A stretch of DNA of 64,000 nt. Source: Mobula hypostoma (taxonomy: Eukaryota). Of this stretch, positions 38,375 to 51,570 are shown one piece after another; the stretch's first letter is position 1, and each line of letters starts with the position of its first letter. The notes beneath the pieces are model-generated. The model made no database searches and was not told where the DNA came from. It saw nothing but the letters and a program-made list of their open reading frames with translations. Made by a program: the position numbers and the translations under genes. The stretch lies in NCBI RefSeq assembly GCF_963921235.1, contig NC_086097.1:227108001-227172000 (forward strand), read 5' to 3'.

Positions 38375-40480
38375 ATATGATGTATAAAATAGGAGCTTTC
38401 ATTGGCCATTTGACCCTTCCATATAGCATTCAGTAAATTGTGGTTGATTTGATCTTGACCTCAGTTCTGCTTCATTCTCTGTGTCCTATATATTTGACTC
38501 CTTGACAGAACAAAAAAAGTGTTAATTTCACCCTAAAATATATTCAATAATTTGGGTCTCTGAAAGAATTTTCTGCTCATCACTATCTTAAAAGGTAAAT
38601 TTTGAGTCCTGAAACTGTCCTTTTATTTTAGATTCCCTGAAGACGGGAAATATCGTCAGCATCTTCCTGTCAAGCTCTATCAGAATCTTACATATTTTAA
38701 CAATATCACTTCATATTATAAACTCATGAAACAACCTAATGCACCCCCAGAATCAATCTAATGAACTTTCTTTGACCCACTTACATTGCAAGCAATGTTC
38801 CCTCTAATTTTTAGTAGTCAGTGTGCGCAAAAATCTTGTGCAAATTTTTTTCCTGTGACAAAAGTATGTGTGCACTTAATGCACACGTGGTGCAGTTTAT
38901 GTAGGTTTACAAAATATTTGACATAAAACTGCACAGAATAACAACAAAATAACATACATTATTTAAGTCACTCTGTTATTTTTTCTCTCTCCTGTCTTTG
39001 GCATTTACCCATTCTTTGTAAACTCTACAAAGACTCATTAGTCTATCTAGACTTATAGAACTTCCATCCAATTGATAGCTTTTGATTCTCATTAACATAT
39101 CAAAATGACATTCACCTAAGTGGTTTCTCAGCTTGGTTTTGAATTGATTCATTAGGCTAAAACCTCACTCACAGTCCGCACTAGACGCAAGGAAGGTTCC
39201 CCCAATGTCCATCAACTGTGCAAGGTTGCAAAACTGTTCATTTTGAAGTACAAATGCCACCATTTGAGCAAAGTTTGAAATCAGTTTGGATTTAATTTTT
39301 TCATGCACAGAAAATTTGAAATCATTAAACTGTCTAACTATTACAGTATTTTCAGCTAGAAAATCATGATATTTTAGACATAAGGCATTAACTTGTTCAT
39401 CGCCAAATGTGAAGTCACAATCTGCAAATACGGAGAAATCAAAAGCTGACCATTCTTGTACCTGATCTTCAGGAAACCTTTCTTCTAAGTGAACACAAAG
39501 AATATTTCTAAAAGTCAACAGCGAACTTGTATCTACTATGACGTTTTCTTCACGTTGTTGGCTTTGCAAAACTTTAACTTTGTCACTCCACAAAACATTG
39601 TCTCCCAAATACTGCTTTCAGTGTAACAGTTTCTACTATTTTGTTAAGCCATTCAACTTTAAACAAATTTGCGGTTCTTTTGCGCTTCATGCCTTCGCTT
39701 CTTTTGAATTCAACATGGTGAATCAATATTTTTTTCAATAAAAACGTAGTAAGCTATCTACAGGATTTGAAACAAATCTTTGTAAACCTTGTGAAATGAA
39801 CACTGTCTGCCAAAGATGGCCGCAAAGATGGATGCAGCTGTACAAACCGGAACAGGAAAGGTGAGGTGACGTAAATTAGTGACATGCATTGTGGTATTTG
39901 AAAAACTGACTAACTAGTTAACAGAAACATTTAGCTAAAAAATTATTTTCAATAAGTATAATTATTACTACATTATTTTAGGTAACTAACCTTTTGTACG
40001 CACATTAATTTCCTTTGTTGGTTGAAAAACATGTCTGCGCGTGCACACATGCACAGCTTAGAGGGAACATAGCTTACAAGTATATTCCTCCTTAAGTAGG
40101 CAAATTGTACACAGTACATCAGTAATGCTGTTGCCAAAGTTTCCTTATTTAATCTTTATTTGATGGTTCTGTTTATTTAATTCTCCATTCACTCTGCAAC
40201 AAAGGCCATCAGTCCATTTGCCTTCCCCAGTATTTGCTGTAGCTGCATGTTTACTTCATATTGTCAGCAAATATGACCATAATACACATGGTCCCTTCAT
40301 CTAAGTCATTAATAGATTATAAATAATTATGGCTCACGAGTGAGTCATGTGGCATCCCAATAGTTACAGCTTGTCAACCTGAAAATGACCCATCTTTCCC
40401 TACGTTCTATTTTCTATTAGTTATTCAATCCTCTAACCATGCTAATATATTCCCCCAATAACTTCCATGACCTGATTTAT
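38375..40480 (-). mobile_element. Old CR1 remnant interrupted by a hAT element
   Basis: Degenerate CR1 3'UTR/RT sequence on both sides of the hAT. Confidence 0.55.
38793..40072 (-). mobile_element. hAT DNA transposon (Tip100/ZNF862-like), internally deleted
   Basis: 15-bp TIR CAATGTTCCCTCTAA / TTAGAGGGAACATAG; 8-bp TSD-like attgcaag/cttacaag; dimerisation motif LASSADCE*GFSLMNQFKTKLRNHL with an in-frame stop. Confidence 0.88.
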
Positions 40481-43400
40481 GTAGTGTATCATAATCGAGG
40501 AATATTCTGAACTGCATTGCAGCCAATGAATACTTCTCTTGACCACTGTTTTGATGTAATAAGTACAGCAGCCATGTTTCTGAAAACAACAGTGAGATTA
40601 TGACTAGATTTTAGTGAAAATTAGATTATAACATTAAAATCACCAAGGAAGTTTAATTCCTTCTGACAGTAGTTTAACCAGGGTATTAACATGAGTGTAT
40701 AGTACAAAAAAAATCATAATTTGGATTTGTTTTTATTGTATATGACTGAAGAGAACACATTCATATTAAAATGAACTCAAAACATCATGATTTAGTTTTA
40801 TTTTTACTTGCTGACTTCCTTCAAATTTAAATGATCACTGCTTAATTGAATATCTTCTTCTCAGCTGTCTTAGAAAAAAAAACTAACATCCCAAGTATCA
40901 AAACTGTTAAAGATGCAAAAGCTGAAATTTTTACACTACTGAAACTAGTTTTATAATTAAGAACCTTTGACTATTTTGGTTATCCAGGCAATGTGCTCAG
41001 GGAGCAGCTCTCAACTCAAAATGCCAGTCATGTTTATGTAATGTATGGCACTGGAACAAAATCATGTTCCGTGAAGAGACACAAAGACTTAGTTTACAAA
41101 TCCTGGAATTTAGTTTGAGGCACAGCTATTTAATGAATAATAAGTGAAATGCTTGTTGCACATAGGTTCATCAGGAAAGGTTTAGGTTGGTAGAGGGCTC
41201 TACTGTAAATAATGAATTGTGAAATGCAACCAGGCTTGTAGAAAGTAACTATTTGAGGGATGGTGCATGACGAAAGCTGTAATTTTGACAGGTGGCAAGG
41301 TGTCATGTCATCAGCCCTTCTGAAGTCTTATATCTCATACTCATTGATTAATGGCTCTAATTAAGGAATTAAATCAAGCATGTGAAGACAGGGGATCGCT
41401 TTAGGTCGTTGTTTGGTGGTTTTCTCTTCCAGGTGCACAGCTCATCCATCTAAATATCACTGCTTTTTCATTTATTATAGCTGGATGATACCAAACAATA
41501 ACTAGAGGGGATTCAGACTGATTTGAACATTGCTAACCATGTAACACAGTGAATCTGAATAATAGTGCATTGTAAAAATGGCCAGTGCATTAAATTTCGG
41601 AATTATTTCTCTAGTGTTGTCCACATAATTTTTAATACCATTCCAGTTTTAAACAAGTACACGTTCTTATTCTTTGACACCTATTCATTTCTTATTAACC
41701 AGATTTGAAAATTACGTCTAATCTTTGTTAAATGTAAAAAAAAACAAACTGCTGAAATAATTGAAAGAAAGCACAGTAAATTATCTGCTAGAAAACATAT
41801 TTTAAAGCTAGGGAGGAAGGAAACACACTTTTAGAAATGGAAAAAGGGATTTCTAAAAAATCCTATTAAACCTGGTTAAATTAATGATTTCAGTGCTGTG
41901 TGTTTGTTCTGCAAGTGAAGCCACACAAACTGCCTACTAACAAGGCTCAAAGTCAGGCATTACATTGCACTGCTAAATAAGTCCCCAGAGAGGGTAAGCA
42001 GCTGCTTTTGGCCTGCATTATAATGCTTTATAATTGAATCCCCTATTGGTTTTAGGGCTGGGGTTGTGAGAGAGAGCCACAGCCTGGAATCTCTGGTCTA
42101 TAAAAGGGATTTTTAGGTTACTTGAAATGTTTCACAAAATTCTCCATGAATGCTCTGCTGCACACTCACAAAGCACCTGAGCATGTATTTAAATTAGTAT
42201 GCTTTAGTTTGCCAACTTAAATAAACAATAACAAAAATATGTTTAGCATGAGGATAAAAACCTACAACTGTCTTTTGTCTTCCCTCAAATAATATTTGGT
42301 ATTCTATTTGTAAAATGATTTTAAATTCATAAAAATTGGATTTACCTAACTGCATTCATATATTATGTTATGTTCCTTTAGCATCTACAAAACAAAAAAT
42401 GTATTTCTGATGAGTTCTTGCATGACCATATGTGGCATTAGTCAGTGTGAGGTATTGCTAGCAAGCTCATTGCTTTCAAAAATCAAAGTTAAATGGTTCA
42501 TCTATCATCAGAATTTGTGGCTGGGAGACTTGTCTGAACATCAGTATGATTTATGGTTTGAATTGGAGGAATCAACCATGCATGTTTCTTAGTTTATCGT
42601 TTTATGCTGTCTTCAATTAAATGTCTATAAACACGGTGATGGCTTTACGACATTGTCCATCAATAAAGACCATCCGGTTTTTGCATGAGAATATGTAATT
42701 TTCAGGAAAATATTGCCCTTCTGACTTCTGATAAAGTAGATTCTACATATGGTTTGTATTATACGGAGACTTAAAAGCTGGTCTCATCATACTTTGATTT
42801 CAGTCTTCCAGCATAATTAGGTCAGTAGCCAGCATAATAATTTTATTTATATTTGATGTGCTGTGCCTTTATCCTGTATCTAAGGACATTTGTGAAATAC
42901 ATTTTTAACCTATTAAGGCCTGGATCTGTGATTTATGTCTATGTTTGTATGCACCCATTAAGACTAAAAATGAATCTCATGGAATGAGTTTGTATGTTTA
43001 AATTTTACAAAAGGATTTAACTTTTCAAAATTTAGTCAATATATAAAAGAATACCATCATGGATATGTACAATATGTGATTATAAATATATTGCAATGGC
43101 TAACCAAAATCTATAGAAGTGCTTCAGCAAAAGGAATGATATTCAGGCTTTTATTTTCTTTGGGGATGTTGAATCACATCATTATCCTTTTCCATGTTTA
43201 TAAATCTGTGGCATTCATGATAGCAGCATGTGATTCTAGATCATTATATGTGCAGCTATGCCTCGGTATGACTCTCAACAGCTCAACCTTTGTGGCTGTG
43301 ATATACATTCGGTAGGATATTTCATTGCTTTTTCAGAATAAAATATATTTGTTATTTTAATTGCTTTGATATATCATTAATAGTTTAACATTAGAATTAT

Positions 43401-43806
43401 AAAAATAAAATTAATATTGGCATATTAAAAGATGATTGCATGATCAAGAGGATGTATGAAGGATGGGGAAAGAGAATAAATTGAGTGAGAGAATAGAATC
43501 AGGGAAAAGAGTGAGAGTGAAATTATTGAAGAAAAGGAGTATGGGATTGTGATGTTACCAGAAAATATAACTTCTAACTGGTGAACTATTTCTAATTTTT
43601 TTAACTGAAAATGCCTACGGCTCCATGAGTTGTTTAAACATTTTAACCATCCAGGTTAATACATCAGACTGAAGTCAGAGCTATGTCTTCTAATGCAAGT
43701 TATTTCTTTTTAGTAAGTTTAGAAAATGAATTTCCCCAGTTATTTTCTTTGATGTTACCTTAGCTTTGACATAATAAACCTTATTCTTTCTAGGTTTTGG
43801 TCAGTA

Positions 43807-43900
43807 GCACACACAAAATGCTGAAGGAACTCAGCAGGTCAGTAGCATCTATGGAAAGGAATAAACAGTCGAAGTTTCGGGCCAACACCCTACACCCTTC
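43807..43900 (-). mobile_element. Penelope-like terminal cassette, degenerate
   Basis: acacacaaaatgctgaaggaactcagcagg...aaacagtcgaagtttcgggcc. Confidence 0.7.
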
Positions 43901-44374
43901 ACATGCTTGTTAGAGCAGGAATAGGGAGATAGTATGAATGAATGAGTGGATGAGGAAGTGGTGCAGGGGCAGGGTTTCAGAATTCTGGATCTTTGGGATC
44001 TCTTCTGGGGTAGGTGCAGTATGACCTGTACAAAATGGACAGATTACATCTGAACCCAATAGGGACCAATCTCCTTGCAGGGAGGTTTGCTAGAGCTGTT
44101 GGGGAGGAGTTAAATTAAGTTGGCAGAGAGAAAGGGAACAAGATGGTAGGGCTGAGGATGGGGTTTTTGGTATACAAGCTGATGCACTGTTTAGTGAGAC
44201 TGTGAGGAAGGACAAGCAGATGATAGGACAAAATTGCAGTCAGTGCGATGAGTTGAAGTGTAACATGGGGCAGAATTGAAAAGGGTGATGAATACAGGAC
44301 TGAAGGAGTTATATTTGAATGCATGCAGGATACGGAATAAGGTAGATGATTGTGTAGTGCAGTTACAGATTAGT

Positions 44375-44668
44375 TTATAGGCATCCGTTAGTCTCATGAG
44401 ACCATGGATTTGCACCTTGGAAGGTTTCCAGGGTGCAGGCCTGCGCAAGGTTGTATGGAAGACCAGCAGTTGCCATGCTGCAAGTCTCCCCTCTCCACGC
44501 CACCAATGTTGCATTAGGACCCATACAGCTTGGCACCGGTATCGTCGCAAAGCAATGTGTGGTTAAGTGCCTTGCTCAAGGACACACACGCTGCCTCAGC
44601 CAAGGCTCAAACTAGCGACCTTCAAATCACTAGACGAATGCCTTAACCACTTGGCCACATGCCAACAC
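44375..44668 (-). mobile_element. tRNA-head SINE with RTE-type 3' half
   Basis: TSD tacagatt(a/g)gt (44364-44374, 44669-44679); A-box TGGCCAAGTGG, B-box-like GTTTGAGCC; gtgtccttgagcaaggcacttaac core. Confidence 0.85.
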
Positions 44669-44920
44669 TACAGATTGGTAGGTATAACAGTATCAGCGTC
44701 ACTGAGTAATGGCTGAAAGAAGTTCAATTGGGAGTTTAATATCCAAGGATACAAGAATACATGGATACAAGGATACATGTGGTTTTGTCAGTTTTAGTCT
44801 TGGTTTGTTTTGTGTTTCTGTGATATCTCTCTGGAGGAACATTGTATCATTTTTTAATATATGCATTTCTAAATGACAATAAACAAGGACTGAGTGTCCT
44901 CATAATCTAATCTAATCTAA

Positions 44921-46279
44921 TTACAGCCTTGTGTCTGTGTGGATAGGTCTCTATCAACTTCGCACATCTGGACACAGCAATTTTTCCCCATTCTTCTTCT
45001 TTACAAAACTGCACAAGCTCTGTCAGATTGCATGGGATTGTGAGTGAACAGCCACAAATTCTTAATTGGATTGAGGTTTAGACTCCGACTTGGCCACTCC
45101 AGGACATTAACTTTGTTGTTTTGAAGCCATTGCTGTGTAGCTTTGGCTTTATGCTTCGTGTCATTGAATTACTGGAAAACAAATTTTCTTCCTGGTTGCA
45201 GATCTCTTGTAGCCTGCATCAGGTTTTCCTCCAGGATTTCCCTGTATATTGCTTTCTACAGGGGCACAATTGAGAGCATCGTGACTGGCAGCATTACTGC
45301 CTGCTATGGGAACCTCATTCGCAGGACTCTGCAGCGAGTCGTGCGGACAGCCCACCACATCTCTAGATGTCAACTTCCCACTATTCAGGACATTAATAAA
45401 GACAGGTGTGTAAAACGGATCATTGGGGACCTGAGTCACCCCAACCAGAAACTGTTCCAGCTGCTGCCATCCGGGAAACGGTACTGTGGCATAAAAGCCA
45501 GGACCAACATGCTCCAAGACAGCTCCTTCCACCAGGCCATCAGACTGATTAATTCACGCTGATACAATTGTATTTCTATGTTATATTGACTGTCCTGTTG
45601 TACGTACTATTTATTACAAATTACTATAATTGCACATTGCACACTTAGACAAAGATATAACATAAAGATTTTTACTCATGTATGTGAAGGAATAAGTAAT
45701 AAAGTCAATGCAATTCAATTCATTGACAAACCTTCCAGGAGGACCTGCTGTAGTGAAGCTTCTCCGCAGCATGATGCAGCCAGCACAATGCTTCATGGTA
45801 GGGATGGTGTGTTCCTGATAATGTGCTGTGTTTGGCTTACACCAAACAGCATTTAGTCAGATGGCCAAAAAGCTAAATTTAGGTTTCATCACACCATAAA
45901 ACCTTCTTCCAGCTGATTTCAGAGTCCCCCACGTGCCTTCTGATATTTTTACTACAATCAATTGAAACGCCTTGTCTGCGCACAAGTAGTCTCCATTTAA
46001 CTAATTATGTGACTACTCAGACCAATTGGCTGCACCAGTGATGACTTGGTGTGTCACATTAAAGGGAGTGAATACTTATACAATCAATTATTTTGTGTTT
46101 TATATTTGTAATTAATTTAGATCATTTTGTAGAGATCTGTTTTCACTTTGACACAAAAGAGCCTTTTTCTGTTGATCAATGTCAGAAAAAACAAACTAAA
46201 TCCACCATGATTCAATGTTTTAAAACAAAAAAACATGAAAACTTCAAAGGGGGGCGGTGAATACTTTTTATAGTCACTG
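44921..46279 (-). mobile_element. Second, deleted copy of the Tc1 element
   Basis: Homologous to 3115-4377; right TIR ends ...tatagtcactg|TA; left TIR missing. Confidence 0.88.
45250..45722 (+). mobile_element. Rex1/Babar 3' fragment nested in Tc1
   Basis: FYRGTIESIVTGSITACYG...HPNQKLFQLLPSGKRY; caattcaatt tail. Confidence 0.88.
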
Positions 46280-47052
46280 TATAGCAAAAATTAATGGAAA
46301 TTTGGAGGATAGCTTTTTAAATCCAACAGAAGGAAACTAAAAAAGTTTTAAATTGGGAAAAGATGCAATATCTGAAAAAAAACTTCTGGTATCTTCTTTG
46401 ATATTATTAGCAGGCTTACCTTTTATTGGTAAGCTTGCCAATAATATCAAAGAGGATACCAAAAGTATTTTTCAGATATATAAAGAGTAAAAGAGAGGCG
46501 AGAGTATAAATTGAACTGCTGGAGAACTAGTAATGGAGGAACAAAGAAATGGTCAACAAACTTAATAGGTATTTTTTGTCAGTTTTCACCGTGGAGTTAC
46601 GCCGTATGCAAGAAATTCGAGAGTCAGGAGGCAGAACTGAGTGCAGTTGCTGTTACTAAGGAGAAGGTGCTCGGAAAGCAGAAAGGTCTGAAGGTAGATA
46701 TGTCACTTAGACGAGATGGACTACACTCCAGGGTTCTGAAACAGGTAACTGAAGAGTTGTGAAGGCATTAGTAATGATCCTTAAAGAGACACTTGATTCT
46801 GGAATGGTTCCAGAGGACTGAAAATTTGCAAGTGGCACTGTACTCTTTAAGAAGGGAATGAGGCAAAAGAAAAAAAATTATAGGCCAGTTAGCCTGACTT
46901 CAGTGGTTGCGAAGATATTGGAGTCTATTATTAAGTTTTTGGGTACTTAGAGGCGAATAGATCAAAGTCAGCATGGTTTCCTTAAGGAAAAATCTTGCCT
47001 GACAAATTGTGGAATTCTTTGAGGAAAGAACAGACAGGATAGTCAAAGGAGG

Positions 47053-47272
47053 ACTCACAACACGCTGGAGGAACTCAGCAGGTTGGGCAGCATCTATGGA
47101 AAAGATCGGTCGACGTTTCGGGCCGGAACCCTTCATCAGGTGAGTCCTGACGAAAGGTTCCGGCCCGAAACGTCGACTGATCTTTTCCACAGATGCTGCC
47201 TGACCTGCTGAGTTCCTCCAACGTGTTGTGAGTGTTGCTTTGACCCCAGCATCTGCAGATTATTTTGTGTTT
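47053..47272. mobile_element. Penelope-like inverted cassette pair with two hammerhead motifs
   Basis: 88-bp arms (47053-47140, 47146-47233), 7 mismatches, 5-nt spacer; flanked by at(a/g)gtcaaagg(a/g)gga duplication. Confidence 0.85.
47143..47178 (+). ncRNA. Minimal type I hammerhead ribozyme motif (predicted)
   Basis: AGUC-CUGACGA-AAGGUUCCGGCCC-GAAA-CGUC^GACU; palindromic ACGU stem III; predicted cleavage after C47174. Confidence 0.7.
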
Positions 47273-48434
47273 TATGGTCAAAGGGGGATCAGTGGATGTT
47301 GTTTACTTGGATTTTCAGAGGACTTTTGATAAGGTGCCACACATAAGGCTGCTTAACAAGATAAGAGTCAATCTTAGTACAGGAAAAATACCAGCGTGCA
47401 TAGAATATTAGCTGACTGACAGGAAGCCAATTCTGCTTGGCTGCCGGTGATTGGTGGTCTTCCACAGGGTGTCGGTATTGGACCACTTCTCTTCCTGCTA
47501 TAGGTCAATAACTTGGATGATGAAATTGATAGCTTTGTGGCCAAGTTTGAGGACAATACAAAGATTGGTAGAGAGTCAGATACTGTTGAGGAAGCGGGTG
47601 TTCTGAAGAAGTACCTGGACCGATTGGGAGATTGGTCAAAGAAGTGGCAGATGGAATATAGTGCATGGAAGTGTATGGTTATGCACTTTGGTAGAAGGAA
47701 TAATGGTGTAAAGTATTTTCTAATTGGGGAGTAAGTTCAAAAATCAGAGGTGCAAAGGACTTTGGCATTACTTATGCAGGATTCCTTAAAGGTTAACTTC
47801 CAGTTGAGTTGGTGGTAAGGAAGGAAAATGCGACGTTAACATTCATTTTGAGTGGACTAGAATATAAGAGGAACGATGTGATACTTGGGTTTTATAAGGC
47901 ATTGGTAAGACTGCACTTGAACTACTGTGAGCAGGTTTGGGCCCCTTGTCTAAGAGGAGGTTCACCAGAATTATTTCAGGAATGAAAGGTATAATGTGTG
48001 AGGAGCGTTTGATGACTCTGGGCCAGTACATGCTGGAATTTAGAAGAATGAGGGGGCATCTCATTGAAACCTATTGAATATTGAAAGGCTGAGATGGAGT
48101 AGATATAGAGTGGATATTTCCTATGGCAAGTGAGTCTTGAACCAAATGGCACTGACTTAGAATAGAGCAGTGTCCGTTTTGAACAGATATGAAAAGGAGT
48201 TGCTTTAGCCAGAGAGTGGTGAATCTGTGGAACTCAATGCCACGAATGGCTGTGGAGGCTAAGTCATTGAGTATAATTAATGTAGAGTTAGTTAGGTTCT
48301 TGGTTTGTCAGGGCGTCAAATTGTATGAAGAGAAGGCAGGAGAATGGAGTTGAGAGGGATAATAAATCAGCCATGATGAAACGGCTGAGCAGATTCGATG
48401 TCCTGACTGGCCTTATTCTCCTCTTACATCTTTT

Positions 48435-48570
48435 GAGTCCTGATGAAGGGTCTCAGCTAACGTTGACTGTTTATTCCTTTTCATAGATGCTGTCTAACTT
48501 GGTGAGTTTCTCCAGCTTTTGTGCGTGTTCCTGTGCATTCCAGCAACTGCAGAATCTCTTGTTTTTATGT
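48435..48570 (+). mobile_element. Penelope-like cassette, hammerhead GAAA partly deleted
   Basis: gagtc-CTGATGA-agggtctcagct-aacgtt-gactgttt plus family tail. Confidence 0.7.
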
Positions 48571-49612
48571 TATTGCCCAGTAAACCTTTTTTGAATTGCT
48601 TTCAATGGATTAGCATCCATACATAAATAAGCAATGAAGAAAAAATGGCAAGTTCTTTTATGGGGAAGGTTCGACAGCCAGGCTTATATCTGCTGGAGTG
48701 TTGGATTGTGAAACTGGCATTGAGTGAAACGTTTTGGATTCTGAGGGGCTTGAAGAAGTAGATTTTGAGAGAATGCTTCATTTTATGGGATAATCTAGAA
48801 ACAGAAATCACTGTTTACAATTAATTGTTCAACTTTTAAGACAAAAATTAGTTAATTTTGTTTTCTCTCTCTAAGGATTGTGAGTCTTTAGAACTATCTG
48901 AATATTTTTAAGGCAGAGGCAGAAGTGGATAGAAGTATAGAGTTGAGGTCACATTCAGATAAGCCATGATTTTATTATAGGTGGAGAGGGCTTAAGGACA
49001 CCGTCATCTATTTTGTTGCTAGTTTACATGTATGATCATCTGAAGTTCAGATTCCTTTTTCATAAGAAACACTAGAAATAATATTTTAAATCCTTTGACA
49101 TACTTGCCAGTCTTTGGATTTACTTGGGTTTTCAGATGGCCTTTGATGAAATGCCGCACATGAGACTGTTAAACAAGATATAAGTCCATGGTATTACAGG
49201 AAAGATACAAGCATGAATAGAAGATTTGCTGACTGGCAGGAGGCAAAGATTGAGAATAAAAGGGACCTTTTCTGGTAAAGTCCAGGCGCTGTCCTTGTCA
49301 ATGATTTTCTTTCTTCTCATTTCCAATGAGGATAAACAAAGGCATCCTATTAAGGAAGATATATACCATACAACTATATTTGTATTTTAATGAATCCCTT
49401 AAATTAAGGCTAGTTGAGTAGCAACACTTTTCTGTTGCCCAAGAAGTGAGTGGATAGCTTTGAAGCTCACTAGCAGCAATAAGCAAATAGTGTGGGGATA
49501 ACAATAAAAACACCAAGGAGCAGGTCAAGTGTGGGTGAGGTGGATTGAAAGATGCTGTGAGCTGTGATATGAATGCCAATAGGAATGTGACAAGAAAATT
49601 ATTTGTGATGTG

Positions 49613-49994
49613 CAGTACTCTGCAAAAGTTTTAGGTAAATTTCATGACCTACGTCAGTGCTGATAAACCTGAATCCGATATGGGTCTCTATTGTGGACTG
49701 AGAGTGGGAAGGGGGCGGAGAGAGGGGAGTGGGAAGCATCAGAGAGACATTCTGTAATGATCAATAAACCAGTTGTTTGGAATCAAATGATCTTGCCTGG
49801 TGTCTCATGGCTGAGTGTGTATGTATCTGCGCTACTCCTGCCCTTGGCACTCCTCTGCCACCTGTCCCACAACCCTTTGCAGTGCTCCACAGATTTACAA
49901 ACCCGCTGTCCACTCTACATTGACAAATATAGTACCGTACAAAAGTCTAAGGCACCCTAGCTATATATGTGCCTAAGAATTTTGTACAGTACTG
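49613..49994. mobile_element. MITE-like composite repeat (copy 2)
   Basis: CAGTACTCTGCAAAAG ... TTTTGTACAGTACTG|TA; internal homology to ~4510-4735. Confidence 0.65.
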
Positions 49995-50239
49995 TATTTG
50001 GATGGTAAAACACTGTATACCTGTTGCCACATTAAAATGGTTAATAATGTAGGACATTTTTACTTGGTGATACAAATGCTGTGAATTTGCAACATGAACA
50101 GTGTTATCTACATAGAACCAATGCTATCTATAAAGAACCAAGCTCTTCAAATGTTAAAATACTTGAACTATTTATAGACAGTAAATTACTAAGTTTTAAA
50201 ATTTATAATTTCAGCACGTTTTTGATAAGTCATAAGCAC

Positions 50240-51570
50240 CCACTATCTGTGACATTAGCAGACATGAGAAAGGCTCTGCAGAGAGTTAACCCCTATAAGG
50301 CTGCTGGACCAGACAACATCCTGGTCCCACTACTCAGGGAGTGTGCACACCAGCTCACTGATGCCTCTGTGGTTATCTTCAACACTTCACTCATCCAGGC
50401 TGCTGTCCTCACGTGCTTCAAATCAGCCATCATCCTTGTAGCAAATAACTCTACACCTTCAGAACTAAACGACTTCTGCCTGGTGGCACTGACACTAAAC
50501 ATCATGAAGTGCTTTAAATGGGTAATGGCACATATCACAAGCTGCATTCCTGTCACACTGGACACTCACCAGTATACTTACCGACCGTACTGCTCTATAA
50601 CAGATACTATAGCAACTGGCCCTGACGCACCTCGAAAACAAGGACATTTATGTCAGAATAATGTTTCTGGATTTCATTTCGGTATTCATCACTATTGTCT
50701 CACAGACTTTAGTAAACAAGCTCCTATCCCTTGGTCTAAATACACCACTGTACAACTGAGTTGTGGACTTCCTAATGAACAGACCTCACATAGTCAGGAT
50801 GCACAGGTGCTCCTTTCTCCCCATCAACACAGGTGTTCCCGAGGGCTGTATACTGAGCCCACTGCTGTATTCTCTCATCATGCATGACTGCATGGTCAAA
50901 TACCTGAGTCATTGCATTGTCAAGTTGGTCAATGACTCGACAGTGGTGGGGCTCACCACCAACAACAATGAGACAGCCTTTAGAGAGGAGGTGGAAGAGC
51001 TTAAGGCCTGGTACCAGGCAAATAAATAACCTCTTCCTCGGTGTCAACAAGGCAAAGAAGATGATTATTGACTTTAGCAGAACTCGCACCATTCAAACCC
51101 CTCTTTACATTGGCAGCACAGCAGTGGAAACTGCGAGAAGTTTCAAATTTCTGGGAGTGCACATGTCGCACAATTTCTCAGGATCCCAGAACACATCCTA
51201 CACAATCAAGAACGCTCACCCGCATCTCTACTTTCTACTTTCTTAAGAGATCTGGAGAATGTGCATCGATACTTACGACCTTTTACAGATATACAGTAGA
51301 TATACAGATATACATCCACCACCAATACTTTATCATTTCCTTTCAGTCATCTTATGTCCAGACATTCTTGTACCTACCATCACCTTATGCACATATAAGC
51401 AATCTGTGTACAATTTATAAGTTATCTTTTTGTATTTATTGTGATTTTTAAATTATTTTGTTCTTTATCTTGGTGAGTTTTTTTAAATGCTGCATCAGAT
51501 CCAGAGAAACAATTACTTTGTTCTCCTTTACACTTCTATGCTGGAAATGACACCAAACAATCTTGAAAAA
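50240..51570 (+). mobile_element. Rex1/Babar LINE RT remnant
   Basis: VNPYKAAGPDNI, LNDFCLVALT..IMKCF, NTGVPEGCILSPLLYSL, NDSTVVGL. Confidence 0.9.

Larger units (their letters stand above)
43910..48430 (+). mobile_element. Long CR1 LINE (ORF1 end to 3'UTR) hosting SINE, Rex1, Tc1 and Penelope insertions
   Basis: Esterase D-x-x-H region at ~44040, EN start (YLNA) at ~44310, NYRPVSLTS, FEDNTKIG, 3'UTR at ~48350-48430. Confidence 0.85.

Noticed and set aside
44590..44668. tRNA-like A/B boxes (also at 20500-20571)
   Set aside because: SINE heads bounded by TSDs; no complete cloverleaf
50081..50887. Longest ORF in the track (268 aa)
   Set aside because: Chance read-in to a frameshifted Rex1 RT; not a host gene
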